Of a DNA stretch of 64,000 nucleotides, positions 12,824 to 25,870 are shown piece by piece (the stretch's first letter is position 1; the number at the start of each line of letters is the position of its first letter). The stretch is from NCBI GenBank assembly GCA_013239625.1, contig MU054187.1:23622795-23686794 (forward strand). The letters run 5' to 3'. The notes beneath the pieces were generated by a model, which did no database searches, had not been told where the DNA came from, and worked only from the letters and a program-made list of their open reading frames with translations. Made by a program: the position numbers and the translations under genes. Source of the DNA: Lama guanicoe (Eukaryota).

Positions 12824-15800
12824 GCAGGCAGGACCAAGAAAAAGACATAAGCGGCTCCTCAATTTCCCTCGTCTCACGTATGCACAAAAGGTACACAGCT
12901 CTTAGTGGAGCAATTCCCTCTGAGAAATCCAGAAACCAGCTGACTGACTCCGTCACATTGAGTGAATAAGGACTACACACTGAAATGTGTAAGGAAAGCT
13001 GAGACACACTCTCACTGTAGACCCACCCCTAGCACAGTGCCATAAGACCAGGAGGGAACCCCCAGATCCCGGCTTCTCTCTGAGAGTGAAGGGTTTGGAC
13101 CAAACACCTGGTGCTCCAACTTTTCAAGCTTCCAACTGAGGGATGGACCCCCAAAACACTCAGCTCTGCAAGTCCACAGGGCTTGTATTCATGAGTATTA
13201 TAGAAAACAAAAAAGCAGTTCTTCAAAGGAACACAAGCACTTGCCTCAGCTCTCCCCGCAAGGCCCAGCACAGAGGACTAGGCAAAAACTACCATCGCCC
13301 AGTCTTTCCCTGGAAGGAGCTTGACTGCAACTTTACAAACTGCTGCCTGAGGGTCTAATTTTCAATAAACATGCATCTCTGTACTGTACTGTCTGTGATC
13401 CTCCTCAGAGACCAGAGGAGTTGGTGGGGGCTTGTTCCAGCAATAAAACCAAGTTGACAGCATCTCAGAAAAATATCTCCGTTTATCAGGAAAGAAACTG
13501 GATACATCCAATGCCTCAACTTCTAGAGCCGCCATTCAAGGATCATTTAGCTCTGATGGCCAGTGGGGCTTGCATTCACAGTCACATAAAACTGTGACAA
13601 GGAAGCAGCTGTTAATTAGCACCCAAGCACTTGCCACAGCTATACCACAAAGACTCAGTGCAGGGGGAGCATGCCAAAATGTCCATCTCCCAGGTTCTTC
13701 CTGGAAGGGGTGTGTGGTCACCTGCTGCCTGAGGGTCTGGTTTCTAATCAGCCTGCATCTAGGTGCTGATTGCAATCCTCCCCTTCGGGACACTGAATGG
13801 CCTTGGCACACCCTCAACTACTGGCATCCACTAAGAACAAAGACAGTGCCTTGGACAATTATAAAGGTCTGAGCACCAGCTAGGAGCCTGGGCCAGCCAC
13901 ACTGACAAGTTTCATCTCCTACGTGAGATTAGTCTGTAAAGACTGGCAGAAACGGCTGTTTTAGTCATTGTACAGAAACTAACACAGAGAGTTAAGGAAA
14001 ATCAGAAACAGAGGAATATATTTCAAACAAAAGAGCAAGATAAATATCCAGAAACCAATCTTAATAAAAAGAGATAAGTGGTTTACCAAACAGAGTTCAA
14101 TACAACAGTCATAAAGATGCTTACCAAGTTCAGGGGTGCAATGCATGAATGCGAGAATTTCAATAGAAAGAAAACTTTAAGAAATAATAAACAGAAATCA
14201 TAAAGTTGAAGAATACAATAGCTGAACTGAAAAATTCAATAAAGTCACAGCTAGAGCAAGCAGAAAAAAGGATTAGAAAACTCAAAGACAGTGAGATGGA
14301 ATTCATCCAGTCTAAGGAGGAAAAAAAAAGAAATGAAAAACACTGAGGATAGCTTAAGAAGCTTATGGGATACTGTCAAGCAGAACATATATGTATTACA
14401 GGAGTCTCAGAAGGAGAAGAGAGAAAGGGGCAGGAAGCTTACACAAAGAAATAACGGCTGAAAAATTTTCTAACCTGGGGAAAGAAACAGACACTCAGGC
14501 CCCGGAAAATTAAATAATGGCAAATAAGATAAACCCGAAGAGACCCACAACAAGATACATTATAATTAAACTGGCAGAAGTTAAAGTCAAAGAGGAAGTC
14601 TTAAAAGCAGGGAAAAAAAACAGAGAAAAAAAAAAACTTGTTATATAGAAGGAAACAGCTCTAAGACTATGAGCAGATTTTTCAGCAGAACCCTTGTAGG
14701 CCCAAGGGCAGTGGGATGATATATTCAAAGTGCTGGGGGGGGAAAATTAGTCAACCAAGAATATTGAAGGAAAGCTGTCCTTCAGAATTGAAGGAGAGAT
14801 AGAGAATTTTCCAGACAAACAAACGCTGAAGCTTAGTAAACTGACCTTGCAAGAAATGTTAAAGGGAGTTCTTCAAGTCAAAATAAAAGAATGCTAAAAC
14901 AAAAAAGTATGAAATTCACTGGTAAAGTAATATATAGTTTAATTCAGAATACTCTAATATCACAATGGTGGTGAGTAAATAACTCACAATTCTGATGTGT
15001 AGGTTGAAAGACAAAAGTACTCAAAATAACCATAATGAAATAACTTATTAATGGATATAAAGTATACCATGTGTAAACCATGACATCACAAAACGTAAAA
15101 TTTGAGGTGGTGTGTAAAAATGTAGCACGTTTTTATGCATTTGGAAGATATTAGCTTAAAGTAGACTGTTACAACTCTAAGCTGTTTTACGTAGGTATCA
15201 TGGAAACCACAGAGCAACAACTTTCAGCAGATACACAAAAAATACAGAGAAAAGAATCAAAGCATGCCACCACAACAAAGTCATCAAATCATAAAGGAAG
15301 AAAGCAAGAGAAGAAGAGAATAAAGGAACTGCAAAAGAGCCAGAAGACAATTAACAAGATGAATACAGTAAGTCCATACCTGCTTTAAATGTGAATAGAT
15401 TAAATTCTCTAATCAAAAGACATAGAATGGTTAAATGGGTTACAAAACAATACCCAACTACACGCTGCATACAAGACACTCACTTCTGTTTTGCAGGTAC
15501 ATATAAGCTCAAAGTGAAGGAATGGGAAAAGATATTCCAGGCAAAAGGAAAACCGAAAACGGCAGAGATAGCTATATTTGAATCCGACAAAACAGAACTT
15601 TAGATAATAACTATAACGAGAAAAAAGAAATGATATAATTAGGAAGGAGTCAATTAATCAAGAGCATGCAACCAAATATAAATATATATGCACCCAACAT
15701 CAGAGCACCTGAATATGTAAAGTAAATATTAACAGACATGGAGGGAGAACTAGACAGCAGTACAATCATTCTATGAGCCTTTGATAACCAAGTTCAACAA

Positions 15801-18800
15801 TAGATAAGTCATCCAAAGAGCAAATCAATTGGCCTTAAAATACACGTTAGACTAAACAAATCTAACAAATGAATACAAAACATTCCATCCGACAGGGGCA
15901 AAATTCATATTCTTCTAAAGAATGCATGAAACATTCTCCAGGATAAATCATATGTAGGCCACAAAACAAGTCTTAACAAAGTTAAGAAGACTGAAATAAT
16001 ATCAAGGGTCTCTTCCAGCATAATGCTGTGAAACTCAGGGTCAATTACAAGAAGAAAACTGCAAAGTTACAAATATGTGAAGATTAAACCATATACTATT
16101 TAACAACCAATGGTAAAGAAGAAATCAAAAACTATCTTGAGACAAAAATGGAAATACAACATACTAAAAATTATGGAAAACAGAAAAAACAGTTCTAAGA
16201 GTAAAGTCATAGTGATAAATGCCTAATGAAGGAAAAAGAGAGATCTCAAATAAATAACTAAACTTTGAACCTCAAGGAATTAAAAAAGAAAAAAATTAAC
16301 CCCAAAGTTCATAGAAGAAAGGAGATCACAAAGATCATAGTGGAAATAAATGAAATAGAGACTAAAAAGACAATAGAAAAGATTAATAAAACTAAAAGCT
16401 ATTTTTGAGGGCTAAGCAAAACTGAGAAATCTTTACCAAGACTAACTCATGAAAAAGTAGAGAGCAGACTTAAATAAAGTCAGAAAGGAAAGAGGAGACA
16501 TTAAAACTAATAACATAAAATACTAACAATGATTAGAAATTGCTATGAACAATGATATACCAACAAATTAGATAACTTAGAAGAAATGGATAAATTCCTG
16601 GAAATCCTACCAATACTGTGGAATCATGTGGAAACAGAAAATCTGAACAAAACAATTAGTAGCAAGAAGACTGAACCAGTCATCAAAATCTCCCAATAAA
16701 GAAGAGTCCGAGGCCAGTGCCAGGCTTTACTGGTGAATCATACCAAACATTTAAAGAACACCATTCTTTCTCAGACTCTTTCAAAAAATTAGAAGAGGAG
16801 GAAACACTTCCAAAGTCATTTTATGCTGCTGCATTACCTTGGTATCAAAGCCAGACAAAGACATTGTAAGAAAAATAAATTACAGATTGATTGCCCTGAA
16901 AAATACAGATGCAAAAATCCTCAACAAAATATAAGTGAACCAAATTCAAAAGCACAATACAAAGATCATTCACCATGATAAAGTGGAATTTGCTCCAGGA
17001 ATGCAAAGATAGTTCAACATATGCAAATCAATAAATATGACACACCACATCTTCTTATGTGATGATCATTATATGATCATTGCAAGAGATGCAGAAAAGT
17101 CATTTGACAAAACCTAACATTCTTTCAAGATAAAAATACTCAGCAAATTGAGTATAGAAGAAATGAGCCTCAATATAATACAGGCCATATATGAGAAGTT
17201 CACTGTTGACATCAAACTTATCAGTGGAAAGCTGCAAGCTTTTCTTCTAAGATCAAGAATATGACATGGATATGCACTATCAAAACTGTTATGCAATATT
17301 GTATGGAACATTTTAGCCAGAGCAATTAGGCAAGGAAAGGAAATACAAGCCATCCAAATCAGAAAGAAAGAAGTAAAACTGCCTGTATTTGCAGATGTCA
17401 CGATATTATACATAGAAAATCCTAAAGATGCCACCAAAATACTGTTGCAACTAATCAATGACTTCAGTAAGTTTGCAGGATAAAAAATCAATTTACAAAA
17501 CTCAGTTGTGTTTCTCTATACCAGGAACAAATTATCCAAAAGAGAAATTAAGGAAACAATCTCATTTACAGTAGCATCAAAAAGATTAAAGTACTTAAGA
17601 ATAAACCCCCTAACCAAGGAGGTAAAATATCTGTCCACTAAAATGTATCAAATGTTAATGAAGAAAATTTAAGAAGATACAAATAGGTAGGAAAATAATC
17701 TGTGTTCCAGGGTTGGAAGAATTAACATTCCTAAAATGGCCAAACTCCTCCAAGCCAGCTACAGATTCAGTGCAACACCTATAAAAATTCCAAAGGCACT
17801 GTTCACAGGAAAATTTTTTTAATCCTAAAATTTATATGAAATCACAGAAGAGCCCAGATGGTCAAAACAATCTGGAGAAAGAAGAACAAGCTGGAGGCAT
17901 CATGTTCCCTCATTTTAAACTATATGATAAGGAAGACATATAAATGGTCGACATGTACATGAAAAGGTGCTTAATATTACTAATAATTAGGGAAATGCAA
18001 ATCAAAACCACAATGAGATATCACTCAAGCTTGTGTGTGTCTATATATATATTATATATAAGATTATATATATGTAATCAAAAAGACTAGAGATAAAAAA
18101 TGCTGAACAGGTTTTAGAGAAAACCCGGTATATTGTGGTGAGAATGTAAGCTCGTAGAGCCATTGAGGAAAACGTTAGGGAGATTCCTCATGAAACTAAA
18201 AATAGAACCACCATATGATCCAGCAACCCCACTTCTGGGTATATACCCAAAGGAAATGAAATCATAATCTCAAAAAGATATCTGTACTTCCATATTTATT
18301 GCAGCATTATTTACAATAGCCAAGGTATGGAATCAATCTAAGTGCGTGAGAATGAAAAAATAAAGTGTGATATATGATGGTTTATTATTCAGCCTTAAAA
18401 AAGAAGGCAGTCCTGCCACTTTGAATCTGAATGGAACTGGAGGGCACTATGCTATATGAAACAAGTCAATCAGAGAAAGACAAATATTACACGGCATCAC
18501 CTGTACGTAGAATACTGAAAAAAAAGGTCAAACTCATAGGAACAGTTCGAATGCTGGTTGCCAGTAGTGAAGGGGTAGGAGAAATTCAGAGGTCAATAAA
18601 AGAGTACAAATTTCCAGTCACAAGATAAATTTTGTTATTTTGTTCTCATGAATAACATGGTGACTATAGTCGATAATTCTGTGTTGTATAACTGAAATTT
18701 ACTAGGAGTCAAACTTGAGTTTTCTCATCAAGAAAAGGAAATATCTGATGTGCTAGATATGTTAATTACTTCAACTGCGGGAATATTTTCACAGTGTGCA

Positions 18801-18875
18801 CAAACATCGAATCATCACATTGTACATTTAAGTATTTTATATATGCAGTCATTTATATATATATAAAGGTGAAAC
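12824..18875 (+). mobile_element. Full-span ancient LINE-1 (L1M3/L1MA9-10-like): 5'UTR, decayed ORF1 and ORF2, 3'UTR
   Basis: TSD AAATGAGGTCTTA (12811-12823) / AAATGAGGTATTA (18876-18888) at a TT|AAA endonuclease site. 5'UTR ~12824-13990, ORF1 ~13990-14890, ORF2 from ~15360, 3'UTR ~18500-18875. Confidence 0.93.
15360..18400 (+). pseudogene. Disrupted L1 ORF2 (endonuclease / reverse transcriptase / Cys domain)
   Basis: ORF 15391-15603 (NRLNSLIKRHRMVKWV…CIQDTH…LKVKEWEKIFQA) is the APE-like EN domain. The RT motif region 'tttgcagatgtcacgatattatac' (FADD-like) lies near 17388. Many stops and frameshifts, and an internal deletion near 17930. Confidence 0.9.
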
Positions 18876-21344
18876 AAATGAGGTATTAAAAATACACGAT
18901 ATTTATTTAAGCTTCAGAGTAACATATATAATAACACTTTAGACATGGATAGAAAATAAAAAAGAAAGATTTGGAAACAAGTCATATTAAGATTTTGAGA
19001 TAAGATAATAAAACAGCTCTATTTTTCTTTCCTAACGGTGACAGGAATAGAGCACACAGTTATAGCAGTGGTATTTAAACATGAGAAAACTATATTTATC
19101 ATTTGTTTCTATTTTGCTTTTGTTCCTAACATTTGTGTCTTGCATTTTCTAGTAAAAATGCTAGGCAAGATTTCTAGGTGAGCTGTCACATGGCTAGACA
19201 TTTACCCTGCCTTATCAACCGTGTCCTTTCTGGATTGGTCCAGACAAAGATTAGAGAGAAGAGGAGATATTTTAAGCCAAATGATACCTTAACAATAAAG
19301 TTAAGTATATTTCTCTTGTGTGGACAGAGCAATACAAAGAACTGTGCCCCCAGAGGAGACTCAAAACCAGACTCTGAAATTGTGGAGGGGATGGAACCAC
19401 AGACGGGCACTGTTATTCAGTTGTCCACGTCACTTCCACTCGGGCGTGGTGAAGTCCCGATCTGAATGCCACGTGCACTCTGAAACTGCCAGTGTGAGTC
19501 CATTCGAAAGTAAAAACAATACTCTGAAATTATAAATACAGACTGACTCTATGAGGGGCATTAAAAGTCACAAGAACAAAAGCCTTGAAAAGTCACAGTT
19601 TAAATACTGGACAATTCTGACCTTTAGCCTTCCTCGGGTTAGCAAGCAGACAGAAGTTAATCCTCATATCCCTACATCACTGGAAAAACACGAGCTAGAG
19701 AAGTGTGCTATTTGTTGACATATGTTACCCATGTATCCTTTTTAAATGGCCTCAGGTCGACTAGATAGTCGTTTGCTTGGATAGTGATGGCAAACCTATA
19801 TGTCTTGGACATATCTGAAAGCAAATGCCTTGTGATTTCATAAACCAAAGTTAAATGTATCTGCAAGTGTATTTTCCTGGATCCTACATTCTCAAGAATG
19901 TGAGTTCTCAGTCCCTTCAGTGAGCTATCATCCTCCTCCCAACCTTAACTTCAGGCTGAGAATAGTGCCCCGGAATGACAGTTACGGTTGTCAATAAGTT
20001 TTAGAATGGAAAGATAAAAATATTCCCAGGGTCATATCCGTTTGTTGAGGATTAGTTTTTGTACTAAATGCCATTAAAACTCATTCTCTGTAGCAGGATT
20101 TAGGAGGACATAAGTATTTTGCTCTTGGTTCCACCTACACCAGCTATAGGAAAGCTGGACGAAAAGACTCATCAGAGTGCCGACGGGGTAGGCAAAGGCC
20201 AACACCTGCGTCTCACTTCCCAGCACCCAGGACGCCACTTGTAATTATGGGTGACAGCAGCCCTGGTCGTTCTTGAGACGAAGACATTTGATTCCTGTCT
20301 TCCTAGTTTTATTTCTAGTCAGCATAATTTCACTCGAGAAATGCAGCAGTAGAATCTGGAGGAAGCTAGAATAAGATCATAGAAGCTTAAAAAGCTGTAT
20401 TTAGGGCAAGGATCCTCAAATTTATTACAGAGTTGCATTAAATATTTGCTTTCTGCTGATGTAGGGGAGTTTTTTTTTTCCTTTTTTTTTTTTGCATTAA
20501 TAGTTGGAAGAAAGCCTAAACCTTTTCTGTGCTCAGAACTGTTTAGCAAGCAGGGATTTTTTTGTGCTGCATGTTAATATAATGTATGACACCATTGTTT
20601 CATTTGGGCAACTGCTCAAAAGAGATGAATAATGAGCTGCTTTCTAGGTAATAGTCCTTGGGTTGCCTGTTGAAGATAATGTAAAGCTCAGGTTGCCAGA
20701 ATTTACTCTTAAAGGCATTCATCTGAGCCAAAGTATTAACCAACAGGGATGTACAAAAGCAAAAGTCAGCTGTAATTTAGTATTTTATGAAAGAAAATTA
20801 GTTACCAGAATTTTTTTAAGGTCAAAATACTTAGTTTTTGTTTTTATAATTTATCCAGTGAAAAATCCTAATAAAGAACCTTTAAAATTAAGTTTCTGAC
20901 ATTCCTTACTCAAGGCAACAGCTGACTGCCACTCTAAATATAAATGTTTCTTTGGCCTTGTGCCTGCACTGTATTCTATCAAATCACAGGTTCATAAATG
21001 CAAATTTTTAGGCAGATTCACTTTTCTCATGTGTAGGGTACACTTGCCTTATCTACTTCAAAAAAAAACTGTTATAAATTGGGAGACACCAAAGTGTAAG
21101 ATATCACTCTTATTTTGTGAATTTACAAAAATATACTGTGATATTTGTAGAATCTTAAATGCGACTGAAAAACTTTTATGGACCTGATAATAAAAAGTCT
21201 CATCAAATTCTCCAAGTGAGGTTCTGAAAACCTCTTGGGGACAAGCTACCCAAGGCCAAATGGCAAAAACAGGTCAAATTCCCCTTGGGGCATACCATTC
21301 CTCTCCTTTATAGCATCACAGTTCTATAATATCATAGCTACTCT

Positions 21345-21590
21345 AATAACATATGTATCTTTCAGCTAGTATGTATTGAGTATCTATTTTTATGAACCAG
21401 ACACTCTTGTAAGTACTTGATATTTGTTAATTTAACTGATCCTAACCATAGCCCTACGCTGTACATTCTGAGGAAAGCAAGACACAGAGAAGTTAAATCA
21501 CCTGCCCAAAGTCACACAGCTGGTAAAAGACCCAGAGTTTGAACACAAGCAGCGCTAATCAGAGTCTTGACTCTTAACTTCTCTCTTATA
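21345..21590 (-). mobile_element. MIR SINE
   Basis: 'tattgagtatcta...ccagacact...gaggaaagcaagacacagagaagttaaatcacctgcccaaagtcacacagctggtaa...tttgaacacaagcag'. Confidence 0.85.
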
Positions 21591-24500
21591 ACATCTCTTT
21601 TCCCTTCATGACTTTCACAGACATGAACAAAATTATGTGTCATAAAGGTTTTGAGAATTCTTGTGCTATTACTCAATTGTTAGCTTTTCCAGTCTCAGTA
21701 GATCTTACTAAGATGTTTCCCTGAGAACACAGGCATTTATGTTCCGGTAAACCTCAGGCCAAACACCTGTCCTCAGCTCTAGTAAAGGATCCCTTAGCTC
21801 CTTTCTATCCACACCAATACACCGGAATATGGAGCTCAAGGCACAGGCTGATTTAATTTCCCTTGGCCTTTAATGCAAAATCTTTATTCTTTTCTTTGCC
21901 ATTTATTTTACATGACGTTTCTTCCCCTCAATGTTGAAGTTTCCTCTTTTGCCAATTACGCCTAACAGGTGTGGCTCTCAATACACAGGTATTAGAATGG
22001 GAATTCTTCTGGTCAAATACATGCATAGACCTATGTCTCCATGTCACAGTTTTTATCATACAAGGTCCTCCCCATTTGGGAACCAATAACTACACAAGCT
22101 ATTCTTCACAATAAGAATCTCAGGATCTTATAACTGGATGACTTAGGGTTCCTAAGACATCAGACACCCTGAGTTTGGGAGTAGTAGGAATGTGACCTCT
22201 GTCAGGGATGGAAATCAACAGGTACAGCATTTTGACAGGTGAGCACGTCTCTCCCAGGCAGACCCCACGTCGGGGCAGAGAGAAATGCTTTGCTACTGGA
22301 ACGGCCTCAGAGGAGGCAAAGGATAACTGAAATATAATGAGTTTGCCCTGAACAGATTACAAGAGGAATGCAGGAGAAAGAGCTATGAGAGTCTCAGCAG
22401 AGTCCACCAAAATAAGGGCAAGGGCACAGCAAGACTGGGAATAGGCTTTTCCTCGAAAAGCGACTGCAGAGTTCGGATTTGTTTGGCGTAGAGGCGTCTG
22501 AAGATGGCCTCTTTATCGCGTTTATTTAACGGGACACCTCTTTTTGGATGAGAAAAATTCAGTCAATTTTGGTCAAAAATAGAGTGACCACATCCAGGTT
22601 TTAAAACATTCCAGAGCTAATAGGAAAGACAAAATACAATCTAACTTTTCTAAGTAGAAAAAGTCCACAGTGACAATATAGTCACCTAAAACTACATCTT
22701 TTGTAGCAAGTTAATTATCAAAAAAAAAACCCAAAAATAAAAACAGTGATTTTATAAAATAATATAGGTTAGACTTTGTTTAAAAATGGCCTATCCCGAG
22801 TACTAAACCTCTTTGACAATAATTACCCCGATATTTCAAGTCAGTGTGATAAGCAATGTCTGCATGGTCTATGAAACATACATGCCAAGATGCTATGGTG
22901 TGGATTACTTTATGCTGCTACCCTCAGCCTACAACGTCTCTGCCTCTAACAAAACAGAGGGAACAAGGATTTCAAAGTCACTTTACATTTTAAAAATCTT
23001 TTTGATAAGCACTGCATAAAGCAATCGATTCTCTGAGTAAAACAGGGCTTACATTTGCTCTGCGAAAATTTTGAGTAATCAGAGGGTAAGCTGGCTATTT
23101 TCAGAGAGAATACATTTTACATTTAATGATCACGTTTTATTTTCTTCATGATCATTATCCTGTTGGAAGGTATGACTGTAAAAATTACATTTTATAATGT
23201 GGATAAATTTTCCTGTGCAAGCCATGCATTACAGAAAACATTACAGGGTGTTTGAACGACCTATTTTAAGTATATAGGTGAAGTGGTCCTGCTTCATTTC
23301 AGTGTATTAACAGTGCACTGATTTTTAAAAAGTGAGGAATTATAAAGATACTTAGATTATGATCTGGAGATCATATTTATAAGAATGTATTTTGATATTC
23401 TAATATATTTTACATTCAGATGGCTTGTTAAATTGTGCACCAAACGTTTTTATGAACCACTTGTTATATCTAGAAAGGGGAATCCATCCAACAATTCGGT
23501 CATTTCCAATTCAGAAACATGCACCTATGTATCTTTTCTTTTCTATAGCACCCCTAAGAAATAGACTAAGAGAGTGTAGGAGTGACACTGGGTGACAGAC
23601 AAAATGATGAGCAGAGTGGCCCATCAGGACTGATCGTCTAGAACCCTCACATCAACTCTCAGGATGGCTGAAAAGAAAATTTCAGTTCAGTGACATATCA
23701 TCTGTGCATAAAGATGATTCCTATAAAGATCTACTGAATGGTGAGCGCTCTCCAGCCCAGCTTTCACCTTAAAAGATAGTAGATGCTCGTGAAAATGTTT
23801 GATGGACCCATAATAGTATCTTTAAGGAACTGGACATGTGCTCCAGGTTTAAAAGCAAAAAGTATGCTTATATGCTAATGAGTGGGGGGAGGAACTCAAG
23901 TCTGTTATCATATCAGGACACAAGTGATATTATTTAATTAGAATAACCACCTGTTTCATCCAGTGGTTATTTAAATCCAACAAATTCAACTATCTGGACA
24001 TAACTTCAAAACAAGAAATACGTCAAACATTGTTTCCCAGAATTAAAGTTTTTTTCTTTTTTGCATGTGTTGACTTGTTAATAAAATTATCTCACTCTGA
24101 ATGTATTACTTTTTTCATACGACTCTAATAGAGTGACTATCCCTTTATTTAAACAGAATTACAGGACAAAATAGAGAATCAGAGAAAGCAGTTCTTTGAA
24201 GGCCATAGGGAATATTAATAATAATAATAATAAATGAAGAATACAATTATTAAACAGTTCTAAGAGCTGCAAAGGCATAATGGGGCACAGCCAATAACAT
24301 TCATTATGATTATCTTAAGTCTCCACAAAATGTTAAAATACACCCAGAAGACAATGTTTAAACAGTAGGAAATTTTTAAATAATGTTTTAGGAGTCTCAG
24401 CAAAATTATATTGGAATATTTCAAGTATTAATATTCCACAGGTATATTTCCCATTATGAAGCATGTTTAATCTTGTCATTTTCAGAATGGTATGGCTTTT

Positions 24501-24961
24501 TCAATAACATAACTTGTCATCATTACATTCGTTTTCTGAAACAGATGACGAGGTACCCAGGGGGTATAAAGAAGTGACAGCCCTCAGGGAACCCATGACA
24601 CACAGTCTGCCCTTGTGCAGCACCACTGCTCCTCTGCATTCTCTGCCACTGTTCACAGGCTAGAGAACTCAGCCTCGTGGTTCCTCCCGTCAATGTGGGA
24701 GGGGGAGACGGGTAAGAAAAGGTGAGAAATCCCCAGGGTAACTCTGGGTGGAGCAGCCCAGAGAAGAGGTGAGTCCTGGGTCATGGACGTGGGCTGAGCG
24801 TGGGTACTGTGGTTCTTCCTTCTCCCCACATTGCTCACTGATCACCTCTTTGCCATTCCCAGCTGCAGTAATAACGTCCGGAGAACTCAGGAAGAGTAGG
24901 TGTGCTCAGCTGCCCCCAGGCACTTCCTCTCACTATCCTTTCCCACCACAATGGTCAGGCC

Positions 24962-25125
24962 TCTGAGCTTCTTAAACATGGCTGCACAGCGACTTCACCA
25001 AGGCAGCTCTGAAGACACTGAAGCTTGGACCCCATGCCAGACCAAATGAGCTAGATTTCAATGCGGGAGGGGCAGAGGGACATTAAGGCATGGATGTTAT
25101 GAACTCTCCCCAGATTGTAACACTC
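24962..25125. mobile_element. MER5-like hAT-Charlie remnant
   Basis: 'cttcttaaacatggctgcaca…tcacc…cttggaccccatgccagacc…ctctccccag' parallels MER5A. Confidence 0.6.
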
Positions 25126-25150
25126 CCTACCCTAAGACAGCACCTCCCAC

Positions 25151-25199
25151 CAGACAGACAGACAGACACACAGACACGCACACACACACACACACACAC
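25151..25199. repeat. (CAGA)n(CA)n microsatellite
   Basis: Direct reading. Confidence 0.95.
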
Positions 25200-25399
25200 T
25201 TCCCGAAGACTGGGAGGCATAAACTGAGGCTGGGGTTTTATTAGCTAATAATTGCTAGGGATCCCGCCCACCTATAGCACAACCTCTGTAAAAGAAAGAC
25301 AATGTACAAAACCCTCTACACCGCATGAATCAAAATTAATGGATCCAGGCAGGAAAAATATTTTAAATGAGTATATTAAACATCATCAAACACACGAGA

Positions 25400-25870
25400 G
25401 AATTTTTAATATTTGAGCAGGCATAAAACAATATAACAAGAAAACAACATGGAGATATTGGGTACACAAAATATAACTGTGGAAATCTCGAACTCTCAAT
25501 TCGAGATTTGCAGATACTAACTACTATATAAAAAATAGATAAACAAGTGTATACTGTATAGCACAGGGAAATATATTCAATATCTTACAGCAACTTGTAA
25601 TAAAGAAGAATATGAAAGGAAATATATGTATGAATATGTATGACTGAAACATTACGCTGTACACCAGAAATTTAACACAACATTGTAAACTGACTACACT
25701 TAAATAAAATTTAGTTAAAAAATATAATTGTGGATATAATAAACTCAACATTTTGGTTGAAGAGTGGAATGGTTCAGGGTGAAGAATGAATCAGTGAGCT
25801 GGCAATATGGATTAAGGAGTGTACCTGGAAAACATCTGGAAAGAATAAATGGATACAAAATGCAAAGAAA
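25400..25870 (+). mobile_element. Ancient L1 ORF1 (coiled-coil region) fragment hosting a young L1 piece
   Basis: 'aaactcaaca…ggttgaagagtggaatgg…gtgaagaatgaatcagtgagctgg' resembles old L1 ORF1. Confidence 0.55.
25484..25718 (+). mobile_element. Short camelid-type L1 3'UTR insertion with 18-nt 5' micro-inversion
   Basis: Matches the 3'UTRs at 10550-10750 and 46095-46300. TSD AAAATATAACTGTGGA (25468-25483) / AAAATATAATTGTGGA (25719-25734). Confidence 0.93.
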
